Positions 35,946-49,510 of a stretch of DNA of 64,000 bases are shown piece by piece. The notes under the pieces were generated by a model that was given only the letters and a program-made list of their open reading frames with translations, was not told the origin of the DNA and did no database searches. This DNA is from Callorhinchus milii (lineage: Eukaryota): positions 87,670,001 to 87,734,000 of the forward strand of contig NW_024704743.1 of the NCBI RefSeq assembly GCF_018977255.1. Reading direction: 5' to 3'. A program made the position numbers and the translations under genes. The first letter of the stretch is position 1. Every line of letters starts with the position of its first letter.

Positions 35946-36487
35946 AGAGCCCAATGGGATGAAATTGATGGCAAATATTCACAAAGATTATTAATTTCAA
36001 GCAAGCAACAAATTGGAATTTTGCTTCCTGGATGGCTTGAAGAATAAAGTTAGTCAATAGAGACAAACTTTGGAACCTTTGCTCTGTTAGTGGTATGCTA
36101 AATACAACGCGATCCTTAATGATGACTAACACACTGTGGAATCCACTTCAGGAACAGTTCCCTTGATATTTATTTGACTCGATTGCCTTTTGCCCAGTTC
36201 TTCCATTAATTGTTCTACGCAGGACACGGCTGATATTTTGTCCTCTCTGACATACATATGCTATTGCAGTTTGGATTCAGTGAATATGAATGTTTAATTT
36301 GAATAGCTGTTAGTGAATATTTAAATTTAGTTCAAATAGCTGCAAAAAACAATAACCCTGTTGCATATGTTACAGTGAAGTAGTTGGGTATTGCCGTCTG
36401 ATAGGACAAACAAGGCCGCCAAAGCAAAGTGCTGCAGATATTTGTCTTACGTGTCCTTGGAGTATTTATATCAGAGAACATTATTTG

Positions 36488-36610
36488 GCCATAAAATTTA
36501 AGATCACACAGAATTATGGAAAATATCTTAAATTTAATCTTATCTAGCAGCTGATGCTGTTAATAACTGGGGGGAAATCTGCTTCCAAATTTTGACTGAT
36601 TTTAAGACTG
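36488..36610. mobile_element. Partial MITE family 1
   Basis: AATTTAAGATCACACAGAATTATGGAAAATATCTTAAATTTA matches 17884 and 44155. Confidence 0.55.
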
Positions 36611-37509
36611 TGCTACGCCCATTGTTATGACCTTGCGATGCTGCCCACATGAACGGTGCTATATAAATGCAATTAGTTGTTGTAAAATTCAATATTTGTA
36701 TTGGTAAAGATAGATGCAATTTTGGACCACTCTGTAAAAATACTGTTAACAAGGACCAGGGTCAGACAGAACTAAATGGGCACATATAAGTATGGTTCTG
36801 GAATAGAGGTTTATTCTTACTGGAAAAATGTTCAGTGGAACCCCCCACTCTGCCCCCTCCCCCTCACCCTCACCTCGTGTCTCTGGCATACACAATACTT
36901 TCCCACCTCCAGGAGACTCCATAGTCACTGGAATTTGAGTTTGGGACATTCTTCTGAAGCTATATAAATGTAACTTTGTTGTGGTCCTGTGTCCTTTCTT
37001 CCACTATGGTTCCATCCAGATTAGCCCAGTCAGTCAATGTGCAGGAACCATGGACATCCTTTGCTCTGTCTACAGGACCATCCCACCCTGCAGTACAGAG
37101 CAAAGAGAGCTTTTTGACATCCAAAATATTACAACAAACGCACGGGGATTTTTTTTTCCGTTAAATGCAGTGACTTTATTATGTGTGTTTATAATGAGGA
37201 AAGAACATTATAGCAACATCTTCTAAACCACTATTTCAAATTGCCAGAAGAATTTTTTGGCTCAGATTTTATATTACCGATACCAATAGCTTTATTATTT
37301 AACCTTCGCTGTCTGCTCTCCACAGATAACACCCACCCCTTGGCCCCAGCAAACAGGAAATATTTTATAGATAGGAGTTTTTGATCATCTAGTTTATCCG
37401 TAAATCCTCCATTTCCATTTCCAACCAATATTTATCCAGTTATTTCTGAAGGAGATGATCGATACAACATCAAGTACTTTTTGCTTGGCATATGTACTGT
37501 TATAGGCAG

Positions 37510-37768
37510 GGCTTAGGCAAGCTTCCCTATTCCACATGCCTCTTTTTCCCTATCAGTAAGTAGGAACACGGTTGTTAGTCAATTGATGGATCGCTTTTCG
37601 GGGGTAATAATTCCTCCCAAAAAAAAGATTTGGTCACTGTTGTGCACAATTGGCTGCCGCATTTCGCCCACAAAATACAGTCAATTCACTTGACAATATA
37701 TTCTGTGAAGCACTTTGAAAAGTCTCAATGACGTGATAAGGCTCACTATGAAATGCATGATTATTATA
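37510..37768 (+). mobile_element. SINE type A, truncated and internally deleted
   Basis: CAGTAAGTAGGAACACGGTTGTTAGTC linker and tail. Confidence 0.8.
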
Positions 37769-37993
37769 CTCTGTGAGAACAAAATGCTACCAATCTTCAG
37801 TACAACTTGAAGTTTTTGGTACTTATTGAACTTGTGATTTCTAGTTCTGTGTGTACAGTCTGTCTCAAATATTTCCATCTCAGTATTTTAAATGCCATTT
37901 ACCACTAATGTTCAGTTTCACTAATTTTTCTTTGTAATTTGGAATCATCCCAGACCCTAATATCATCCTTGCTGTTCTTTGCTGAATCCTTTG

Positions 37994-38025
37994 CAATAGC
38001 TTTATAAAGCTTTATAAAGCTATTG
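37994..38025. repeat. Perfect 32-bp palindrome
   Basis: CAATAGCTTTATAAAGCTTTATAAAGCTATTG equals its own reverse complement. Confidence 0.95.
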
Positions 38026-38227
38026 TGCTAAATGAGTGAAATAGATGGAATGATCATTTTTTTCCAACCTCTTTAAATTCTGATGCATATCAATGCCTAA
38101 ACAGGATCCCTAAAACTAGCTTTAGGACAATAATGTCTTGCAGAGGAACATACATTTACTATATGCACATTGGAAATGTTTTAATTAACAATAATAAGTA
38201 TATATTCACACACACAAATAATAATAT

Positions 38228-38642
38228 TAATAATAATCCTTGCATTTGATACAGTGCTTTAATGAGACCTCTCAAAACTCTCCACAGGTTTTTACGATGA
38301 AGTGTAGTGACTGGATTTTTGAAGGCAAACACAGCAGCCAATTTGTGCATAGCAATGGCCCACAGTCATAAAATTAATGATCAATTTTATCTGGGGGTTT
38401 GTTGGCCAGGATACTTAGAGAAACTCCCTTCTTTTTTAGAATAGTACCATAGATATTTAACATCTACATTAACGGGCAGATGGGTCCTCGGTTTGACATC
38501 ACGTCCGATCGATGGCACTTGACAATCAGTGTTGCTTTGTACCCCAGCCTAGTGTGCATGAGTTCAAAGTGCCAATGTGGGGCTTGAACCCACAACCTTC
38601 TGACAGACAGACCAGAGTGCTACCAATTTAGCCAGGCTGACA
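38228..38642 (-). mobile_element. Deu-domain SINE, near full length
   Basis: Head at 38575-38642, Deu core and tail. Confidence 0.82.
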
Positions 38643-39647
38643 CTTACAATGAAGATATCTTAACAGCAATGCAGTTTGGTATATATTACTGCAGAATGAT
38701 CAATTCTGCTTTACCTAACGTGGAAAGAAATGCCTACACCTGCAGCTAAATATTTTTGTTAAATATGTGTCACAATGTTCATGGGAGATTACTATGCACA
38801 AATTCGCTGCCATGTTCTCCTACAAATACACAGTCACTGTACTTCAAAGTAAATCCTGTGAAGTACTTTGAGATGTTATAACGCACCATAACAATTGCAA
38901 GCAATACTATTATTAAATATTGAGGTGAAAATATAATGTTTCAGCACATATTTAATGTGGTTACATTGAGTCTATTATGAAACACTACAATTTTCACCCT
39001 AGTGTATTTTGATAAAAGAACTTCTCCAAGATTGAATGTGCTAACATTTCTCTATTACTTTCATTGTGCAAATAACACTCCACAGCTTTGCAAAAATAAC
39101 CCCAGTGCATACATTACGGTCATGAAGCTGCATAATAACTTTCTGAAGGGCATTCCAGGTTACCCAAGCAAAATGTTACATCTGTGCATCCCATATAACC
39201 TTGGAACAACTGTGACATGTGATAAGATATTTATGCAAGTCATGGACTCCACTGTAAACCACACGAGCACTGAATAGTAATGAAGCTGTGAGTGCCACAT
39301 ACTTCTCTTTATTCCTCCTTAAAGCTTGCGATGAATACACTGAACCTGATGTTACAAACGATATGCTCTGTTTTTTAATCATACATTGCATGTTCTTAAA
39401 TTGCCCCAAAAATCTCATTCATGTCATTTATTATCTTCTGATTTGGGAAATCTGAAATTAATGATACAGATTAATGGTATTTTTTTTCGAAGGAATATTG
39501 GTTTAGTGGTTAACCTTTAATCTGCAGTGAGAACTACAGCTAGCTAAATTAGATAAAGCGTACAATAAATCAACACCAATTTTACACTGGTCCACAGCTG
39601 TGAAGCAGTGAGAATATTTACTGCAAGCACTTCAATGACAATAATAG

Positions 39648-40432
39648 TCAGCCTGGCTCATTTGGTAGCACTCTCGTCTCTCAGTCTGAAGATTGTATGT
39701 TCAAGTCCCACATTGAGCCTTTGAAGTCACAGTCCAGGTTGGAAGTGCTGTTTTTCAGATGAGATCTTTAAACTGAGGTCCAGTCTGCCTGTTCAGATGC
39801 ACATTAAAGATCCCATGGCACTATTCAAAAAGAGAAGGAAGTTTTTCCCAATCTCCTGGCCAACAATCTTCCAATAAAACTGATCATTCACTTCATGGCT
39901 ATTTGTGGTATATTGCCTTGTGGGAACATGACTGCCACATTTGCCTACCAAGTAAACAGTCACTACACTTTTCAGTGTTTCCTATGTCCACCCAACAGGA
40001 AGGGTATTATTATTAGCGTATCAGTCTGGCTCTGTTGGTAGCACTCTCACTTCTGAGTCAGAAGGTTGTTGGTTCAAGCCCCACATCAGGACTTTGAGCT
40101 AATTATCTAGGCTGACAATTCAGAGTTGGGGTAGTCCTGCATTGTTGAAGGTCCTGTCCTTCTGAATGAGGCGTTTCCCAAGATCCCATCTGCCTGTTCA
40201 CAAGGACATTAAAGATCCCATGCGACTGTTCAAAAAGAGAATGAAGTTTCTCCCAGTGTTCTGACCAACAATATGCTAAAAACAAAATGGTCATTCACTT
40301 CATGACAGTTGCAGAAATTGCTGTGTGTGAAGAGGCTGCTACAAATACACAATCACTACAATGCACAGTAAATCATGTGAAGCTCTTTGAGACATCCTTC
40401 AGACTGAATATATCAAATGTAAGGATTATTTA
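39648..40432 (+). mobile_element. Two head-to-tail Deu-domain SINEs (39648-40012 and 40021-40432)
   Basis: Each begins TCAGYCTGGCTC..TTGGTAGCACTCTC and carries TTAAAGATCCCATG. Confidence 0.85.
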
Positions 40433-40909
40433 TTTTGAATTATTATTATTTTTATTAGAAGTGGGAGTGAAGTGCTGGCTCACAAGTTACCAGTTTAACA
40501 CTGATTGTTTTTTGTTGAGTTAAGTTGATATCCTGTTACTCAGCACTCAGTGGACCACTTCGGGCACAAAAATTGTGATGGAGGTGGGAGAGGAGGGTCT
40601 CACTCATGGATGAGTCTTTAGTTATTAATTGGCTGTGTTTGAACAGCCTGACAATTATTACCAGTCTTAATTAACCGGTTGCAATTTTCACCACGTAACC
40701 TGGAAATACACAGAATGTGTACCAGCACCTGAAAGAGGTTAATGTTTTTGCTTGATGCTCCATCAATATACACTTGCATTATCTTGATTGTCTTTATAAA
40801 GGAGCAATTCAGAATTTACAGGCTGGATCCTGCTTCAGATTGAGACTGGAGCACACCTCCAGTACTTCATTGGAATGTCAGCCTAGACTCTATGAATACT
40901 AAGTCCTGA

Positions 40910-41250
40910 CAACAACAACTTGTATTTATTATAGTGCCCTCCACACCTGGTGGTGTCTCAGAGCGCTTAACAATGGTGGAGCCCGATGCCGAGCCAGGGA
41001 GGAAGGTCTTCAGGCGCAACTTAAAAATGGGAAAAGAGGCAGCAAGCCGAAGGGATTGAGGGAGGGAGTTCCATAGCTTTTTGGCATAGTGGCTGAAGGC
41101 ACGGCCGCCAATGGTGGTGCAGAGGATTCGAGGGTCAAGAAGGAGGCCCGAGCCAGTAGAGTGGAGGCAGTGGGTACTGCTGTGAGGAGAGAGGAGGTTG
41201 GAGAGATAGTGGGGTGGAGGGGTTTAAACACTAGAGTGAGGGGTGAAACA
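40910..41250 (-). mobile_element. L2 3' fragment inserted in a Deu-SINE 5' part (40850-41325)
   Basis: (AAC)n tail, CTGACA repeated at both junctions, host SINE resumes at about 41255. Confidence 0.75.
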
Positions 41251-42438
41251 CTGACATGGGGACTTACCCCACTTGAACCACACAGCCTTCTGACTCGGAG
41301 GCAAGAGTGCTACCAACTGAGCTGAACTCTATGGATAATACATAGCTCTTTTGGGTATCCCTCTTTCCAGACAACTGCCTATATTAACATTCACGGCTAT
41401 GCATGGAGGGAAACTCTTAACTACTTCTGGGAAAGAAGTGCTTGTTAAAATATGCAATAATCTTGAGCAAATTGAGCATGTATTACAAATGCCATCACTA
41501 TTCATGTTATACAGCAAATTTAAACCTAACTGGTATCTATTAACTATTGTTACTCCAATTCATAGTTTTCTCACATGTTTAGTTACAGAATGCATCACTT
41601 TCTAATAATCATTTCATTAGTTCGGGGGATTGAGAAATGCACCGAATAATAACTTGCATTTGTACAGTATCTTTGGGATAAAATAAAATCTCTCGAAGAA
41701 CTTTACAAAAGAAAACATTGCAAAGGAAAATGACTTGTTTTTCGTATTATAATAATAATAATCATTACATTTGCTGAAGCAATTTTCATGTCGGAAGGAC
41801 ATCTCAAAGCGCTTCACAGGACATACTGTATAAAGTGGAGTTTATGTCTTGTTATAGTTGTAATTGTAGGCAAATGCAGTGGACCAGTAGGAGGTGACAC
41901 AGATTTGAAAATTAAGTTTAAGTCTTTCCGATGTGGTTGCACTACCCTGCTAAGGTTCATTCTCCAGGAGTGATATGGGCTCTGTGATGAATGTCAGGGC
42001 AGGTAACTGTGGAAGACAAGCACTTGCACCATCGATTAGAAGGGTGTGTGGCAGTAGTTCAAGTCGGAATGGTCTCAGGATGCCTCCATTAGACAAGCCA
42101 AGAGCCAATTAAAAAACAAAACCTTCATATCCCCAGTGAGCAACTTTGACAAACAATTCGGTGTGTCATGCAGAGCCAAAGGCACAGAGATGTGAAAGGA
42201 AGAATCAAGGGCATTGAACTGAGATCTACAAACGTGTAATTAGGGTTGAGCAAAAGCTTTGAATTTGACACCTTAATTTAACCCTTTCCGACCTATTATA
42301 TGCAGGGTTTTTGCTTTCAGCTGAAATTGTTTACGTATTTTAACCCCTTCCCAGTCTGCTGGTAGTTTAAGATGTCTTTCCTGGCACGTGGAGTGAAATA
42401 AATTATTTAACAGTAGTTAAACAAAAATGTTATATACA

Positions 42439-42758
42439 ATAATAATAATAATCCTTGCATTTGATAATTTGATATAGCGCTTTTCACGTCGGGAGGACGT
42501 CCCAAAGCGATTCACAGAACACACTGTAAAGTGAATTGACTGTATATCTGTGGCAGCCAATTGCGCACAGCAATGTCCCACAAACAGTCATAGATTGAAA
42601 ATGACCAATTTATTATTGTATTTGGTTTTGGAGGGATTATTATTAGGCTCTGTGTGGAGTAAGGAAACTTGCCCAAGGTTTCGCCCTCTGCCTGGAATTG
42701 AACTCAGGGCTCTCACTTGCAAAGTGAGTGCTCTAACCACTGAGCTGCAGGACTCCAC
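42439..42758 (-). mobile_element. SINE type B, full length
   Basis: As for 32648. Confidence 0.92.
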
Positions 42759-43185
42759 AACATATGATGTGCAAAAAAACTGCTTATTCTAAACAGCTCA
42801 TCTAGCAAGAAGAGAAACTTTAGTACATACTGCTTTAGCATTCATCTGGATTCACCACAGTAATTTATTAGTACACATATGTTACTCATGGAGAAACTTC
42901 GCTAACTTGCAAATTGCTGTTTAGTGGGGAAGCAAATTACAAGTGAATCTGGTTGTTGTTACTTGCCTACAAATGGTAGATATACAGCCTTACATTGCTA
43001 TCGAGTGGCTTTCTGATAACCTTGATACCAAAAGTGAAGAGCGAAGCGGTCAAACAAGATGGCCCCCACCAGCCTGACCAAACCAGCTCTAAGACTCTCA
43101 CTAACTCCCTACTGAAACATCTGCTTTTATTGCCAATGCTTTAAACTGTCTGTGAACTACAACGAGAGACAGATTGAAAAAAATG

Positions 43186-43371
43186 GACTTTTGTGAATGC
43201 TGCTTCGACCTTCCCACTGCTATTTTATGGTAATTCATACATGGAAGAGGCACAGAGCAACCCATGCATGTGAGCTGGGGAAGGCGAATGAGGGGAGCAG
43301 ATGGAACCCATGGGCTGCATAGCCTGCATAGATGGTGAGTAAGTGACTATCGAGCATTCACAAAATTGGTC
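43186..43371. mobile_element. MITE-like element with 13-bp terminal inverted repeats (family 3)
   Basis: TTTTGTGAATGCT (43189-43201) / AGCATTCACAAAA (43353-43365). Confidence 0.45.
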
Positions 43372-43374
43372 TGG

Positions 43375-44100
43375 TTGAAGAAGAACCTTCAGCCCATCTG
43401 ATCTCGTGCCTCCAGAACACCTACTCTACAATTCCTTCATCACTGTCTCAAGCTGCTTTTTAAATGTTCCAGTGACCAGGCCTCTACCACTTTCCCTGGC
43501 AACCTGTTCCAGTTGGTAATTACCCTCTGCATAAAGAAAAGATTCCTAATATCTGCACTGAAATTGCCCTTTATAACTCTAAACCTATATCTTCCAGTTC
43601 TACTGTCTTGATATATCCAATTTCAGATAGTTAGCAAACAAGCAAATGGGGAAGTTAGGAGAAATATGATCATGCATCGGAAGTTAGGATAAGGAATGCC
43701 CTGCTGGGAATGATGGTGGAGGCAGAATCCATATTAGCTTTCAAAAGGGAACTGCATATTACTTAAAAAGGAGTACACTACAGTAGTATGGGGAAAAAAC
43801 AGGTGAAAGGGACTGAAAAGATTGCTCTCAAACGAGCCAATGTAGACATGACAGGTCAAATGGCCTTACTCTGTGCTATAAATTTCTATGGTTTGACATC
43901 CTTGCCATAGGTTCACTCAGTGAGCTCTGCATTGTGAAAGGTGCTGTCCCTCAGATGAGATGTTAAACCAAGGTCCCATCTGATTTTTCAAGCATCCTGG
44001 GCAAAGATTCTTCCAAGAAGTCACACATTAGCTGCCACATTGGTCCACTCTTACACAGTCACTACACAACAGCAATTACCCGTGAAGCTCTATGAACTGA
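43375..44100. mobile_element. CR1 3' remnants (- 43375-43610, + 43620-43890) and a Deu-SINE remnant (43920-44100)
   Basis: RNALLGMMVEAESILAFKREL-like text, CR1 tails, GATGAGATGTTAAACCAAGGTCCCATC. Confidence 0.65.
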
Positions 44101-44154
44101 CTTGATATTGATAGTGTAAATTAGCTGCCACATTTGTTTACATAAGAACACCAA

Positions 44155-44406
44155 ATCTGAAATTCTATCAGGTTTTCACCTGTAAGACTGTCTTATCTTA
44201 AGATGTTTTATCTTAAAATGTAAATGTCAGAAACATTGTAGAAATATTTTATGTTCAGTCTTAATTTAGAAACCAAATTTCTGCAGATCGTCAAATGAAC
44301 CAGCTTCCAGATTAAGACTGGATTTAAGAATTTTTCATAATTCTGCACTTCTTAAATTTAAAGATCAAGTGACTTTACAAGCTGGAAACAGTTAGAATTT
44401 CAGGCC
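44155..44406. mobile_element. Palindromic MITE-like element (family 1)
   Basis: CTGAAATTCTA...TAGAATTTCAG termini and internal CAGTCTTAAT/ATTAAGACTG. Confidence 0.7.
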
Positions 44407-45954
44407 TTTCATTTCTAATTAACCTCATTCCACAGGGCGTTCCAGTTCATTTCTTTTTTGTGAAAGGTGCTAGATAAATGGAAGCTGTTGCTATTGAGAC
44501 ACACACAGAATTTCTGATGCATTCTGTATGTTTGTGAAACTGTGCCCAGCAAGAATTAACACCATCAGGAAAGGAGGAGGGGAAAAAAAGGAACCTGCCT
44601 TTCAAATAAAAGTCTTGGAGAGCTTGGTAGAAGGTTGTGTTTTTTAATCTAAGTAGAAGCTCTGTGCAATTCAGAACTACTCAAATGCCACTGGAAATTC
44701 TATGCTTTGGATGTCACTGTCAACTTTGAACAGATTAGGATGTGATAAATGTTGGCAATTGTTTGGTGTGAAAGGAAAAATAACTATATTTTGTTCATTT
44801 TGAGGACAAAATGGTTTGGAAATGCTGACAGGAGATAAACCAATGGAACTTCTTATGTGATTTAGCTTCTGTCTCAAATACATAGTGATAAAATAAGGAT
44901 TGGGATGAATGTGACACCACCACATCTGGTCATACTTTCACAGGTTTCTTCAATCACATAATATGATGTTGTCAATCCCCTTCAACAATCCCATTGGTAA
45001 TGATCATAACTCAAGTGATGCTAGCCTCAAGATGTAATTGTATTCTTTGACCCTGGTGAATCTCAGGTGGGTAACTCTAAGACTAGAAGAAAGTCTGGTC
45101 AAATTAAATATTTTTGTGTGTAATTTGACATCATATTTTTCTCTTTATCAGAAAGACATTCTCCTTTATCCTTTAATAAAATCCTCTATCCCTTGATAAA
45201 ATGCTTTACAAAAATCAGGTATGGAGGGTACGTCCTTCCAAGGGGAACAGTATTCCATTCTAAACATAAGGACATTTTCAAGAGTAGGTGGCATGCATAG
45301 GTGAAGCTCTCAGTTTGGTTTGGATACACTTAAGAATGATGATGAGATTCTGCATATGTCAGATACCCAGCTAACCAAAACCAAAAAAGTTATCCAAACA
45401 AATTAATCTGAATCTATATATAAATGTATGAAGGTTGAATTTGTTGCCATAGAATCCAGGAAAATAAAAATTCCTGTGACTCTTTGCCAATTCACAAATA
45501 ACAAAGGTAGAAAGCTTGCACGAGTCATCTGGAAGAAGCAACTGAGCTATGAAAATACGATTTTAATCTGTGGTAAATCTGTGCGCGATACAGTATTATT
45601 AAAAATATTTTTGAGGCAGGGATAATCTACTGATTCATTCTGATTAATTTACCTGTAATATAAATGTGTGTGCTACTGCAACCACCTGCAGAATCTAGAA
45701 AAACATACAGCCGTAGTAAGAACATTAATTTTCAATTAGTAAAATAATTGACATTTTTTAGTTAATTATTAATTGACGAATTAGTTATTGCTTAAAGCAC
45801 AGCAGTGTCACCATTGGTTTGGTACACTGTGTTTGGTATCTGAGGGCTTAGTGACACTGACAGTTATAATACTGTGGAATCACCTTCTTCAGAAGAGTAT
45901 TTCTCTGAAGCCTGAACAGACTGAATGTTGAAACTATCAAATGGAGTTATGATG

Positions 45955-46250
45955 ATAATAATAATAATCCTTGCATTTGATATAGTGCCTTTCACATCAG
46001 GAGGATGTCTCAAAATGCTTCACTGAAAAGTGTAGTGACTGTATTTTGTAGGTGAACTCGAAAGACGGTTTGCACACAGCAGAGTCCCATAAGCACCCAT
46101 TAAGGGAATGACCAATTTTATCTCAGGGATTTTCCGCCAGAACACCAGGAAAACAAAAACGTATCTTTTTGAATAGTGTCATGAATCTTTAAAGTCCATC
46201 TGACAGGCAGACAAAACCTTGGTTTACATCTCATCTGGTTCAGATGGTGC
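45955..46250 (-). mobile_element. Deu-SINE 3' part
   Basis: Tail plus Deu core. Confidence 0.78.
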
Positions 46251-46707
46251 TTGTGTACTGCCATTGAATTTGTCACTTGTCATCTGTTACTTTGTATAAT
46301 GTATATAATGCATGTTTTCAGAAAGCAGAGGGAAAATCATCAAGCATTTATTAAAATAGCTCTCGCGCATTTAATGCTATCCCGTGACACAATGTCAATA
46401 AATCATGGTCATCAGACACAAGATACCTTCAATGGATATGATTTATTGATCACATAAACTCCTTTTTTCAGGAAATCTATTCAAAGTATTGTCTAGATAT
46501 GTCAGTACTTGTTATACATAAAATAAAGATTTTAAGATTACTTTCAGGCTGCCACAGAGTATAAAAAAAGTTTCCATTGGGATATGATTTTTGGAACAAA
46601 ATCAAGTATAGAATATGGAATAAGGGGTTTAGTGCATTTGCTGGACTCATGTGTGATCTGTTATGAGGGAGTGAAATAGCTACAGGTACAAACAAGGTAC
46701 TCTGGAA

Positions 46708-46985
46708 CAACAATCATTTTATATTTACATAGCGTCTTTCACATCAAGAGGACATATCAAAGTGATTCACAGAATCACCGGGGAGTCTGAGCTAGAGTGG
46801 AACAAACTGAGAAAGTGTTTGTGGGGGGGGGGGGGTCGGGCAGGATTGAGCAAAAGCCTGGAAAGGTGGGGTTTACAGGTTGGGTGGTAGGAGATGAGTC
46901 AATGGGACCCCAAGATGGAGTTCCAGAGAGCGGGGCAGAGTGGCCAGAATTGTGGCGGGTTGGGCAGGGAATACAAAGCAGGTCA
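46708..46985 (-). mobile_element. Diverged L2 3' fragment
   Basis: (AAC)n tail and purine-rich antisense body. Confidence 0.65.
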
Positions 46986-47100
46986 GTGTTTGCAGCCGAA
47001 AAAATTATCTGCTAAAAATGTGAGGATTTCAGTCTGACTCAGTTGATATCCCTCTTGCTTCTGAGACAGAAGGTTGTAGGTTCATGACCCACATTGGGAC

Positions 47101-47408
47101 ATAGAACCATAGAAATTTATGGTACAGAAGAAAGCCATTTGACCCAATTTTATATGTGCTGCCTCCTTTAAGAACAATCCTTTCAGTCCCATTTTCCTGA
47201 CCTTTTCCCATACCCTGTGATTCACTTTTTTTTTAGATATTTATCTAGTTCCGTTTTGAAAGCCAATATTGATTCTGCCTCAACAACCATTCCCAACAGA
47301 GCATTCCATATCCTAACTATGCTGTGTGTGAAAATAATTCTCCTAATCTCCCCATTTGATTGTTTACTTACCATTTTAAGTTGCTGCCCACTAGTCACTG
47401 AAATCATA
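47101..47408 (-). mobile_element. CR1 3' fragment
   Basis: ORF 47222-47407 ...IFTHSIVRIWNALLGMVVEAESILAFKTELDKYL, and TTCTATG-type tail. Confidence 0.85.
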
Positions 47409-47677
47409 TAACCTAGCTCGACATTCCAATGCAGTATTGAGGGAATGTTGTATTGCTGGAGATTCCCCCTTCTGATGAGATGTTAAACCAACGTCCCATC
47501 TGCTTATTTAGGTGGATTTTAAGATCTCAAGCCACTACTCAAGAAGAGAAGTGAGTTTCTCCCGGTGTCCTGGCCAATAAACCCCAGATAAAATCGACCC
47601 ATTAGTTTCATCGCTGTCTGTTGGACATTGCTGTGCATAATTGGGCAACTATGTTCGTCGAAAAATTACACAGTCAC

Positions 47678-49510
47678 ATAATATAACATGTAGGAGCAGG
47701 AGTAGGCTATTCGGCCCTTCGAGCCTGCGCTGCCATTCAATCATGGCTGAACTTCTAATCTAACTCCAGCTAATAACCTAACCCTGCCTTATCCCCATAT
47801 CCCTTCATCCCTTTTGCAATAAGAAATCTATCTATCTCAGTCTTGAATATGTTCAAGGACTGAGCGTCAACAGCCCTTTGGGGTAGTGAGTTCCATACAT
47901 TCACCACCCTTTGAGTGAAGAAGTTCTTCCTCAACTCAGCATGAAAGGGCTGGCCTCTGATTTTAAGGTTGTGACCCCTGGTTTTAGTTTCTCCAACCAG
48001 GGGAAACAATCTCCCACTATCTACTCTATCATGCCCTTTGATGATCTTATAGGTTTCTATAAGATCCACTCTAATTCTTCTACATTCTAGAGAATATAGG
48101 CCCAAATTGGTCAGCCTATCCTCGTAACTCATCCCCTTCATCCCTGGTACTAACCTAGTAAATCTACGCTGCACCCCCTCCAAGGCAAGTACGTCCTTCC
48201 TTAAATAAGGAATATACACAGTATTCCAGGTGTGGTCTCACCAGGGTCCTATACAGTTGCAGCAAGACTTCCCTACTCTTATACTCTAATCCTTTCATAA
48301 TGAATGCTAACATACCGTTCGCCTTCTAATTGCTGCTGCACCTGCAGACTAACTTTCTGTGATTGGTGTACAAGGACACCCAAGTCCCTCTGGACGCTAA
48401 CACATTCCAATCTCTCCCCTGCTNAAAAATAACCCGCTCTACTGTTTTTGCTACCTAGGTGGATGACTTCGCACTTCCCTACATTATATTTCATCTGCTA
48501 CCGACCTGCCCAATCATCTAACCTATTTGTGTCTCGCTGCATTTTTTTAATGTCGTCCTCTGTGTTGACATTTCCTCCTAGTTTTGTGTCATCCGCAAAT
48601 TTAGATATATTAACTTTGATGTCCTTATTTAGATTGTTGAAGTAGATGGTAAATAGCTGAGGCCCAAGGACTGATCCTTGTGGCACTCCACTAGTCACAT
48701 CCCGCCAATCTGAAAAGGACCCGTTTATTTCTATTCTTTGTTTCCTACCCGTTAACCATTCCCCAATCTACGTTAATATGCTCCCCCCAATTCCATGGGC
48801 CCTTATCTTTTGGACTAACCTTTTATGCGGCACCTTATCGAATGCCTTCTCGAAGTTCAAATAGACCACATCCACTGATTCACCCTTATCTAGTTTGCTC
48901 AAAATATCCTCAAAAAACTCTGAGATTTGTCAAACATGACTTCCCTTTTGTAAAGCCAAGTTGACTAATTATATTGTGGAGTCCTTTAGCTCAGTGGTTA
49001 GAGCACTCGCTTTGCAAGCGAGAGACCTGAGTTCAATTCCAGGCAGAGGGCGAAACCTTTTGAGACATCCTCCCGACGTGAAAAGCGCTATATCAAATGT
49101 AAGGATTATTATTATTATTATATTATTATTGTGCTCCCCTAAATACCGCACTACCAGATCCTTAATCAATGATTCTAAATTTTTTCCTATCACTGATATG
49201 AGACTAACTGGTCTATAGTTCCCCATCTTATCCTTTCCACCTTTTTTAAATAGTGGTGTGACATTTGCGATCTTCCAATCCATGGAGACTGTTCCAGAAT
49301 CCAAGGAATTTTGGAAGATCAGACATAAGGCCTCCACTATCTCATAAACTACCTCTTTTAAAACCCTGGGATGCAAGCCATCCGGTCCAGGGGATTTGTC
49401 ACTTTTTAGTGCTAACAGTTTCCCCAGCACCAATTCTCTACTAATGAAAATTTCCCTAAGTTGCTCCCTGTGCTTATCCCCTTGGTGCATCTCTATTATT
49501 GGCAGACTTG
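47678..49510 (-). mobile_element. 5'-truncated CR1 LINE with frameshifted reverse transcriptase region
   Basis: KSPGPDGLHPRVLKE, NYRPVSLIS, SGVPQGSVLGPQLF, KFADDTKLGG, LEGVQRRFTRLVPG, FFTQRVVNVWNSLP. 3' UTR GAAGGGCCGAATAGCCTACTCCTGCTCC. One N at 48424. Confidence 0.95.
48976..49130 (+). mobile_element. Minimal SINE: tRNA-Ala head joined directly to the L2-type tail, inserted in CR1
   Basis: ...GGCGAAACCTTT|TGAGACATCCTCCCGACGTG..., with TATTGTG at 48972-48978 and 49127-49133. Confidence 0.88.
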
